DNA from: Clostridiales bacterium DTU024
GTDB taxonomy: Bacteria; Bacillota; Clostridia; Christensenellales; Aristaeellaceae
Assembly (NCBI GenBank): GCA_001513425.1
Contig: LFTR01000169.1
Coordinates: forward strand, 12,783 to 76,427
Direction: 5' to 3'
Length of the DNA stretch: 63,645 bases
The stretch's first letter is position 1. Each line of letters opens with the position of its first letter. The notes under the pieces were generated by a model. It was not told the origin of the DNA, ran no database searches, and saw nothing but the letters and a program-made list of their open reading frames with translations. Below are positions 38,030 to 45,483 of the stretch, piece after piece. The translations under genes and the position numbers were made by a program.

Positions 38030-39349
38030 TTAGCCCTTTTTAAGTTGTTTGGAGATATCCTCCACCGCGGCACGAATGGTGGGGGCAGTCTTAATGAGTT
38101 CCTCGACTTTGGCAAAACCATGCATAACGGTGGTATGGTCGCGACCACCTATCATTTGGCCAATACGCGGCAAAGATGAGTCGGTAAGGATGCGTGACAA
38201 GTACATAATGACCTGCCTGGGTACAGTGATGCTGCGGCTGCGGCGCGGTCCGCACAAGTCCTCTTTGGAAACGGCGTAATATTCCGATACCGCCCCCATT
38301 ACATCTTCACAAGTGATGGAGCGGGGCGCTTGCTCTATGAACACTTCGCGCAGGGCTTCCTGCGCCAAAGGCATATCTACTTCATGCGTACCCAGCAGAC
38401 TCGCGTACGCGGACAGACGCGTAAGGGTGCCTTCCAGTTCCCTGATGTTGCTGTCCACTTTTTGCGCAATCATTTCCAGGACGTCATCATGGAAATTAAG
38501 ATTGGTTTCCCCCGCCTTTTCGCGCAGGATAGCAACGCGCGTATCCATATCCGGTTTTTGAATGTCTGCCAGCAGACCCCACTCAAACCGGCTGCGCAGC
38601 CTCTCCTCCAGTTTGGCGATTTCCTTGGGCGGCCTGTCGGAAGATATGATTATCTGCTTGCCGGCGTTGTGCAGGGCGTTGAAAGTGTGGAAGAATTCCT
38701 CCTGCGTGGAATCCCGCCCGGCAATAAACTGGATATCGTCGATCAGCAATACGTCCACGTTGCGGTACTTGTCCCGGAACTGCACGTTGCGGTTAGTCTG
38801 GATGGCGTTGACAAGTTCGGTAGTGAACTGTTCGCTTGTGACATATTCCAGCCTGGCATCGGCATTTTGCGACAGGATATAGTGACCGATAGCGTGCATG
38901 AGATGCGTCTTGCCCAAACCCACGCCGCCATACAGGAAAAGCGGATTATATGCATCGGCAGGCGCTTCGGCGACCGCCAAAGAAGCGGCGTGCGCAAAAC
39001 GGTTGCCGCTGCCCACCACGAAATTCTGAAAGGTATACTTGTCATTCAGTTTTTGCGCTGCCTTGTTGGCGGGCACCACGCCGCTGCGATATTCTTCCGC
39101 CTGTTTGGGCGTCAATATGCTGATTTGCATAGTACGGGCCATTGCCTTGGAAATGGCTGACGAAATCAGGGGTGTATAGCGTGACGATACAAACTGATGA
39201 TAATAGTCGGTCGCCGCTTCGATCACAAAGCGGTCGCCGGAAATATCCAGCGGCTTTAGCGCGGACGCGATCCACGTGTTGTAGGTTACTTCCGTCATCT
39301 CGTTGCGCAGCAACGTGCAAGCGCTGCTCCATAAAGCGTTGGTATCCAA
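38030..39349 (-). CDS. dnaA: Chromosomal replication initiator protein DnaA
   Basis: 439 aa with Walker A GGVGLGKTHL, LLIDDIQF, and a C-terminal DNA-binding helix (GGRDHTTVMH). TTG start 5 nt after GGGGGAG. Confidence 0.96.
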   Translation of the reverse strand: MDTNALWSSACTLLRNEMTEVTYNTWIASALKPLDISGDRFVIEAATDYYHQFVSSRYTPLISSAISKAMARTMQISILTPKQAEEYRSGVVPANKAAQKLNDKYTFQNFVVGSGNRFAHAASLAVAEAPADAYNPLFLYGGVGLGKTHLMHAIGHYILSQNADARLEYVTSEQFTTELVNAIQTNRNVQFRDKYRNVDVLLIDDIQFIAGRDSTQEEFFHTFNALHNAGKQIIISSDRPPKEIAKLEERLRSRFEWGLLADIQKPDMDTRVAILREKAGETNLNFHDDVLEMIAQKVDSNIRELEGTLTRLSAYASLLGTHEVDMPLAQEALREVFIEQAPRSITCEDVMGAVSEYYAVSKEDLCGPRRSRSITVPRQVIMYLSRILTDSSLPRIGQMIGGRDHTTVMHGFAKVEELIKTAPTIRAAVEDISKQLKKG

Positions 39350-39410
39350 AAAACTCCCCCGAAAGAATGCATATACATTCGTTTTCTAAACAATATTTGT
39401 GCTAATCATA

Positions 39411-39432
39411 CACCGTTACTATCGTAACGGTG
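39411..39432. repeat. Perfect 9-bp inverted repeat upstream of dnaA
   Basis: CACCGTTAC-TATC-GTAACGGTG, 14 nt from the perfect DnaA box. Confidence 0.8.
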
Positions 39433-39711
39433 TCACTCGGAGCCCTGTGGATAACCCACTATCGCGGGCTCTTCTCACGGCGTCATCCTATCACAAGGCC
39501 CCTTTGTTTGCAACCCGCCTGTGGACAAGTGTTCGCTGTATGTTTTTCTTCTGTTGATAAGTTCCGATGCCCACAGGTTGTGCCCGTGATCCCGGGCGAC
39601 CACAATTCTTAGTGAGTGCGACGGATAAATTTCCAAAAATCCGTGTTTTATGCAAGAGATTTCACAAATATTAATTTTGCGACATTGTTTTGTAGAATTT
39701 CCTCAACCTTA

Positions 39712-39740
39712 TTGTTGATTGTGGTCTGAAGCGTTATAAT
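39712..39740 (+). promoter_or_regulatory. Candidate promoter of the MFS gene
   Basis: TTGTTG, 17-nt spacer, TATAAT. The ATG lies 31 nt downstream with SD GGAGGG. Confidence 0.45.
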
Positions 39741-39770
39741 GAAGCATCATTTTAAATAGGAGGGCATCCC

Positions 39771-41357
39771 ATGACTCCGGTCAAAGAACGCTTCACACTC
39801 AGGGAGCGCAGTTGGATCATGTACGATTGGGCCAACAGCGTTTATGCCACCAATATTATGGCCGCCATATTTCCCACGATTTTTGTTAGCCTCGCGGGAG
39901 ACGCCGGGGACATGTGGTGGGGCTACGGGACAAGCATTGCGACTTTTCTGATTGCCATTTTGGCACCGCTCCTGGGGGCCATTGCTGATTATCGCGGTAT
40001 GAAGAAGAAGCTGTTTACCGTTTTCATGCTGCTCGGTGTTGTCTTTACGGCGCTCATAGCCGCCACCAACGACTGGCGGTTCATGTTGGCGGCGTATATC
40101 GTTTCGCGGATAGGCTTTTCGGGCGCCAATCTCTTTTATGATTCCTTCCTTACTGATGTTACCACCAACGAGCGTATGGACAAAGTATCCTCTTGGGGAT
40201 ACGCCATGGGATATATCGGCGGCAGCACTATCCCCTTTGTCATTTCTATCGCGGTGCTCTTGTGGCAAGGGTATGACAGCGTGTTTGCGCAAAAGTTTTC
40301 CATCCTGATCACCAGCGTTTGGTGGATCGTTTTCTCTATCCCGTTTATAAAGAACGTGGAGCAAGTGCATCATCTGGATGACGCGCAAAGGCCCACCTTT
40401 AGCGGCGTGCTCCAAAACATTGGCAACACGGCGCGTGACATCGCCGCAGAAAAGGGCATGCTGATGTTCATCCTGGCATATTTCTTCTATATTGACGGCG
40501 TGGGTACGGTCATCAGCATCTCGACCGCCTACGGCACGGCACTGGGCCTGGGCGCGGTAGGAATGATACTGGCCTTGCTGGTGACGCAGGTCGTCGCCAT
40601 GCCGTGCTCGATACTGTTTGCCAGACTATCCAAAAAAATCAGCACACGCCGGGCACTGCTGTTCGCCATTGCTGTCTATATGGTCATTTGCCTGGTGGGA
40701 TTCATCATGGGCTACACTTTGGAGCCGCATCAGGATGCCTACAACGGCGCTTACGCAACGCACGCCGCCGCTGCAACGCAAGAAAGCGATTTTGATTTTG
40801 ACGATCCGGCGCAAGCGGGGAAAGCCCGCGACAACCTGATAGCCAAGAGCCGCGATCTCTTGCGGGACGGCAAAACAGAAAGCTTGAGCCTATTGACCTT
40901 CGCGTGGGATAATATGACCGACAATGACGCGATCCTTGCCAAAGAAGCCTCCGCTTACTGGTTTGTTCAAAACCAGGCGTTCATTGAAGAAAACACAGAT
41001 TTGGCACAAAACTTCCGGAGCGCCATCACCACATCCACCATAATGTTCTGGGCTATGGCCGTACTTGTCGGAACGGTGCAGGGCGGGATCCAGGCCACAT
41101 CGCGCTCCTACTTTGGAAAGCTGATCCCAAAAAAGCGTTCCAATGAATTCTTTGGCTTTTTTGATATTTTCGGAAAATTCGCCAGCGTAATAGGTCCTTT
41201 CCTCTATGCTTTTGTGGGCGGGCTGACGGGGCGTTCTTCCTATGGCACGCTGTGCCTGATGGCCCTGTTTCTCGTTGGTTTCATTGTCCTCTGGCGCGGA
41301 AAAATTCCGATGGAGCAACTGGAAAAGGCACGCGCCAAGAATGGGGAAAGGGTCTGA
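39771..41357 (+). CDS. MFS transporter (UMF1/Atg22-like)
   Basis: 528 aa. 12-TM pattern with a long, alanine-rich central/late loop insert. Confidence 0.8.
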   Translation: MTPVKERFTLRERSWIMYDWANSVYATNIMAAIFPTIFVSLAGDAGDMWWGYGTSIATFLIAILAPLLGAIADYRGMKKKLFTVFMLLGVVFTALIAATNDWRFMLAAYIVSRIGFSGANLFYDSFLTDVTTNERMDKVSSWGYAMGYIGGSTIPFVISIAVLLWQGYDSVFAQKFSILITSVWWIVFSIPFIKNVEQVHHLDDAQRPTFSGVLQNIGNTARDIAAEKGMLMFILAYFFYIDGVGTVISISTAYGTALGLGAVGMILALLVTQVVAMPCSILFARLSKKISTRRALLFAIAVYMVICLVGFIMGYTLEPHQDAYNGAYATHAAAATQESDFDFDDPAQAGKARDNLIAKSRDLLRDGKTESLSLLTFAWDNMTDNDAILAKEASAYWFVQNQAFIEENTDLAQNFRSAITTSTIMFWAMAVLVGTVQGGIQATSRSYFGKLIPKKRSNEFFGFFDIFGKFASVIGPFLYAFVGGLTGRSSYGTLCLMALFLVGFIVLWRGKIPMEQLEKARAKNGERV

Positions 41358-41359
41358 TC

Positions 41360-42106
41360 GTGAGCAAAAGCAAGAAAGCGTACCACAAAAAGAAATACGT
41401 CAGGACCCGCGTCAAAACCAAAGGATTGATCACCACAACCAAACGGGCGCTGCTTATCGCGGCAGCTTCAATGGTGCTGGCAGTCGCGCTGTTCTTCGTC
41501 TTTTATGATGATGGTTCCCTACCGCTCAAAACCGTGACGGTGGAAACGGAGCAAGGCAAGGAAAAGCAGCGGGCAATTTCGTTACCGGACGACGAACGAT
41601 GGCTTACCATTAACCGGGGCACTGACAAACAGCCCAAATACTACTTAGTGGGCAGCCTGGACTTTTCGTCCGGATGGTCCAATGACGAGAGTTTTGCGGT
41701 CAGCCCGGACAAAAACATCCAGGAATACTGCCTGCGTCCGGACGACACAGAAAATCCCATTGACTATGTGTATATAAGGGGGGTCCCGCAGCCGCCCGAG
41801 CAGATCGCGCTCAGTGTGCAAAGCCAGATTGCGCCGATGTATGCGGACGCAATCGTGGGCGATATCAGGGAAACATCCGCATTCGGGAAGCAAGCGGTCT
41901 ATTTTTCCTACATTACCAAGCTGGAAACGGAAGGTCAAACGTCACAGTACAACCACACCTTGACCATGTATGTCCCTGCCAAGTATGGCAGCGCTATCCT
42001 TATCAATGTGCAGGCCGCGGCCAGCAGCATAGACAGCAGTCTTCAAGAGGAAGACTTGCTTGCGGCAGCACTGGACGCGGGTGGCCGCCTCAGTATACAC
42101 GAATGA
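41360..42106 (+). CDS. Membrane-anchored protein of unknown function
   Basis: GTG start 3 nt after the MFS stop. Lys-rich N-terminus, one TM (ALLIAAASMVLAVALFFVF), then a ~190-aa extracytoplasmic domain. The tracked ORF start (41252) overlaps the MFS gene. Confidence 0.6.
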   Translation: MSKSKKAYHKKKYVRTRVKTKGLITTTKRALLIAAASMVLAVALFFVFYDDGSLPLKTVTVETEQGKEKQRAISLPDDERWLTINRGTDKQPKYYLVGSLDFSSGWSNDESFAVSPDKNIQEYCLRPDDTENPIDYVYIRGVPQPPEQIALSVQSQIAPMYADAIVGDIRETSAFGKQAVYFSYITKLETEGQTSQYNHTLTMYVPAKYGSAILINVQAAASSIDSSLQEEDLLAAALDAGGRLSIHE

Positions 42107-42115
42107 TCCGCCGCA

Positions 42116-42150
42116 CCAAAAAGCCCGGCATCGCGCCGGGCTTGATTTGT
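42116..42150. terminator. Bidirectional terminator
   Basis: AAAAAGCCCGGC-ATCGC-GCCGGGCTTGATTTGTT. Confidence 0.7.
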
Positions 42151-42158
42151 TGTACTTG

Positions 42159-42968
42159 TCACCCGATATCGATACCGGGAAGAATGGAGACGATCCGCCG
42201 GCGCGATGCGGCCAGTGACTTCATAAGGCCGATCTGCGGTTCGTTGCGCGAAAAGACTAATGTCACGCACTGTGTAACGCCACGCTCGCGCAGCAGCCCC
42301 GCGGCGGACGTGAGCAATGATTTGCCAATGCCGCTGCGCCTATACTCGCTGCGGCAGTACAGCATCACAAGGCCCCCCGTATCGGGACGCGAACCGGACA
42401 CGAGTATTTCCGCGATAGGCTGGCCACCACGATAATAGCCCAGCGCCATGAAGTATGGCTGCTGCATTTGCAGCATCAGGTAATCCATGGTGATGGGCGT
42501 CATGCGATAGGCGTTGAGGCGTGCCAAAAAGGCCTGCGTCTGCTCCGGCGTTTGCAGGGGGACCGATGCAAACTGACAGCTCATGGGCGGCGTATTGACT
42601 TTGATGTCCGGCAGGGTAAATATGTACTCTTCCTCGGCATCATTGTTCGCAAAACCGTTATGGCTGTAGAAATTGATCATCTCCCACTGCGTGGGCACAA
42701 GCTGCGTATAGATGCGGCCCCGCAGCTGCGGGTACATCGCCCGGTATTGCTCTGCCCGCGCAAGCAACGCGCCCAGCAGCAGGTTGCGCGCGGAAGGCTG
42801 CGCGTCGACCTGAATATAGATCTGCATGGGGCGCTCGGGATACATTTCCGTCTGCATGGACAATATAACAAAGCCCACGCCTAATTGCACATAACGGTCG
42901 TCTGCAACGAAGAAGACATCCTCCTTGGGGATGCCTTGGTAGGGCCCATTGGGTTGAGATAAACGCAT
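42159..42968 (-). CDS. GNAT-family N-acetyltransferase (two-lobed, 269 aa)
   Basis: C-terminal acetyl-CoA binding motif RRSGIGKSLL. SD AAGAGGA. Confidence 0.65.
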   Translation of the reverse strand: MRLSQPNGPYQGIPKEDVFFVADDRYVQLGVGFVILSMQTEMYPERPMQIYIQVDAQPSARNLLLGALLARAEQYRAMYPQLRGRIYTQLVPTQWEMINFYSHNGFANNDAEEEYIFTLPDIKVNTPPMSCQFASVPLQTPEQTQAFLARLNAYRMTPITMDYLMLQMQQPYFMALGYYRGGQPIAEILVSGSRPDTGGLVMLYCRSEYRRSGIGKSLLTSAAGLLRERGVTQCVTLVFSRNEPQIGLMKSLAASRRRIVSILPGIDIG

Positions 42969-42999
42969 ACCAGTCCTCTTTTTCCTTATATACTAAGCG

Positions 43000-44457
43000 T
43001 CACCGGGCATCAAGAAACTTGCCGCCGGGCGTAATGTCGTATTCGACCCTTGAGACTTCCGGGCATGCGCGCAGGATACGCTCGACGCATTTTTCCAGCA
43101 AGTCATACGGCAGGCGGGCGGGCAAAGCACGAACGCCGCCCAGCTGCGCGTCCACAAGGCTCACCGCGCGCAGGCCGATCGTGTCGCCGATGCCTTCCTC
43201 CGGCTCATTTAGCTGCATGATCGCATAATACTTCCACAATTTCTTATGAAGGCCGATTTGCCGTATCTCCTCCACAAAAATGGAATCCGCCGTGCGCAGC
43301 GTTTCCAGGCGCTGCGGGGTAACTTCGCCTTCAATGCGCAGCGCCAGCCCGGTTCCCGGGAAGGGCTGCCGCCCGGTGATCTCCGGAGGCATGCCGAGCT
43401 TTTCCCCGATATAGCGCACTTCTTCCTTAAAAAATTCGCTCAAAGGCGCAATGATCTTCTTGCCTTGGTCGGGCAGCAGGTCCTGTTCCGCGCCGCGGTC
43501 CATTAGATCGTTGCGCGTTACGCCACGGATGACGGCGGTGTATTCCAAAGAAGCTACGGCATCTCTCAAGATATCCTTCATGGCGATAGTCAGCACTTCC
43601 ACCTTTTGTTCAACTCTGCGCAGGCCGCCAAGAGCTCCCAAAATGGTGTCTTGCGCGTTGATGACGGTGATATTCAGTCCTTCCACATCCCGGTAGTGGG
43701 CAAGAAAATCGTTCGCCTCGTTATCGCGCAGCAAGCCCGTTTCCACAAACACGCACCGCAATCTCTCTCCCAAGGCACGGTGCGCCAGCGTTGCGCTGAC
43801 ACCGCTGTTCAGCCCGCCCGTCATAGCGCAGATGGCTGTTCCTTCCCCCACTTCGGCAGCGATCTCACCCCGGGAATTGGAGATGAAGACGCTTTCGTTC
43901 CACCAATCAGAGCAGCCACATATGTTTTTGGCGAAGCGCAGCAGGATGGCGGTACCGTCCAGGTCGTTGGATTCGATCTGAAAACCCAAGGCGTAAATGG
44001 GCAGAGTATTGTGTCTGAAGCCTATGACATGGTTTTCCGCATACGCGATAGGGGATAGATCAGAGGTTAAATCGAGGGGATGGATAGCGACCAGCAAACG
44101 CTCGCTTTCCGACATATCCTCGGTCAAGGGCGATGGTGCGAACTTGATGGTGTGCACGCCCGCGCGCTCCTGCCTTTCGCCCACCGAGCCGTTGAGCAGC
44201 AGACACACCGAAGCTGCGGTATCCCCCAAAGCTAAAACGGGAATGCCGGCGTTGAGGATGCGGCCATCCAGCGCTTTTGGTACTTCTCCGCCCACACCAC
44301 CTGCCAGCAGTATGCCCATGGGCGACATTGCCTGCACTTGTCCGGGCAGCGAATCCCCGGGCAGGATGCGGCAAAAAATGCCTTCCGCGCGCAGTTTCCT
44401 TGCAACCGCAGCGGTATAGCGATGGTCAAAATCCAATACCAGCAGCATATCCTGCAT
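43000..44457 (-). CDS. GMP synthase (GuaA)-like protein with degenerate catalytic motifs
   Basis: 485 aa, collinear with GuaA (GATase, ATP-PPase and dimerisation domains; QPFPGTGLALRI conserved). However, the Cys nucleophile context reads PVLALGDTAAS, the HPE triad region reads FQIESN, and the PP-loop reads TGGLNSG. Confidence 0.75.
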   Translation of the reverse strand: MQDMLLVLDFDHRYTAAVARKLRAEGIFCRILPGDSLPGQVQAMSPMGILLAGGVGGEVPKALDGRILNAGIPVLALGDTAASVCLLLNGSVGERQERAGVHTIKFAPSPLTEDMSESERLLVAIHPLDLTSDLSPIAYAENHVIGFRHNTLPIYALGFQIESNDLDGTAILLRFAKNICGCSDWWNESVFISNSRGEIAAEVGEGTAICAMTGGLNSGVSATLAHRALGERLRCVFVETGLLRDNEANDFLAHYRDVEGLNITVINAQDTILGALGGLRRVEQKVEVLTIAMKDILRDAVASLEYTAVIRGVTRNDLMDRGAEQDLLPDQGKKIIAPLSEFFKEEVRYIGEKLGMPPEITGRQPFPGTGLALRIEGEVTPQRLETLRTADSIFVEEIRQIGLHKKLWKYYAIMQLNEPEEGIGDTIGLRAVSLVDAQLGGVRALPARLPYDLLEKCVERILRACPEVSRVEYDITPGGKFLDAR

Positions 44458-44472
44458 GATTAACCCTCCAAC

Positions 44473-45378
44473 CTAGTAGGCATTGTCCACCACCCACGGC
44501 TCATTGTGTTCGCGCAGCCACTTTGCGACGTTCTCTTCCAGGCGCAGCTGCGTTTGCCTGTTAGCGATGCCGGTCACTGCCATATTCTCCTGCATTTGGA
44601 ACGATTTCACGGCATCGCTCGTACGCTGCGAATACATGCCGGTGATGTCTCCCGCACTGAGCAGCCCCAAAACAGCCAAATTGCTCTGCAACTTGGTTAC
44701 TTTGGCGCTTTCGTTGCCCATTCGAAGCACGATGTCTGCCACGTCATGTACGGTACCGTAACCAAGGATCCGCCAATCATTCAAAGCGTACACTGCCCGC
44801 TGCACCTTGTCCGGGTTGTTGCCTTCCAGAACATGCACATTTGTTGCGCCCTGGGCGCCGCGCGTTGCATACTCCACCATGGCCACATGTGTGGTATCGC
44901 CGGAGGGCGTGTAGGAAAAAAAGACCCAGTCCCCAGGCTGCGGGATATAGGCGTTGGTTTCCATACCCGCATCCACGCCCCTGAACCATTGCGAACCCCA
45001 GCCTGTGACAAACCCGGTACGCGCGACGTACCGCCCCTCCCTGAGAAACCAGTTCAGTCCCGTATTGCTCGCGCCATAAAGCGGGTAAATATGCTCGAGC
45101 AGACCGGTCCCAAACAGTATGTCTGTCCGGTCCACTGACCAGCATAAATATTCCGCGCACCACTGAGCTGCGGGGTTATTGGCCCATTCACCGTATTTGG
45201 TTGTCCCGTCGGGCTTTTCCGCGATGCCCAGTTCCCCCGTTGCCACTTCAAGCAACTGTTCGACATATTGCGGAACAGGCCATGCGGGCTTTAGTATCTC
45301 AGCTTCGTCTTGCGCCGGGACAGAGGTGACGCAAAAAATGCACAGCAGCAACAGCACCGCCAGTTTCCGCGCCTTCAT
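44473..45378 (-). CDS. Secreted CHAP-domain peptidoglycan hydrolase with a C-terminal PG_binding_1 domain
   Basis: Signal peptide. CHAP-like AQWCAEYLCW (Cys) ... THVAMV (His) ... EGN. C-terminal KLQSNLAVLGLLSAGDITGMYSQRTSDAVKSFQ. Confidence 0.75.
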   Translation of the reverse strand: MKARKLAVLLLLCIFCVTSVPAQDEAEILKPAWPVPQYVEQLLEVATGELGIAEKPDGTTKYGEWANNPAAQWCAEYLCWSVDRTDILFGTGLLEHIYPLYGASNTGLNWFLREGRYVARTGFVTGWGSQWFRGVDAGMETNAYIPQPGDWVFFSYTPSGDTTHVAMVEYATRGAQGATNVHVLEGNNPDKVQRAVYALNDWRILGYGTVHDVADIVLRMGNESAKVTKLQSNLAVLGLLSAGDITGMYSQRTSDAVKSFQMQENMAVTGIANRQTQLRLEENVAKWLREHNEPWVVDNAY

Positions 45379-45445
45379 GCAGCACCTCCTTCACACGTGC
45401 TCCCCATTATACATGCTTTGTCTTTTTCTGACAAGGCGGCGGCAT

Positions 45446-45474
45446 TTGAGCCGCCTGCCCGCATGTGATATAAT
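45446..45474 (+). promoter_or_regulatory. Candidate promoter placing the transcription start (TSS) 2-3 nt from the ATG at 45484 (leaderless?)
   Basis: TTGAGC, 17-nt spacer, TGaTATAAT. The -10 ends 9 nt before the ATG and there is no SD. Confidence 0.45.
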
Positions 45475-45483
45475 ACAGCGAAT

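Larger units (their letters stand above)
39350..39770. other. Candidate oriC / dnaA control region
   Basis: One perfect DnaA box, TGTGGATAA (39446-39454). Two one-mismatch boxes in the same orientation: TGTGGACAA (39520-39528) and TGTTGATAA (39552-39560). About 30% GC over 39641-39720 (hand count), a possible DNA-unwinding element. Transcription direction switches on either side. Confidence 0.5.
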
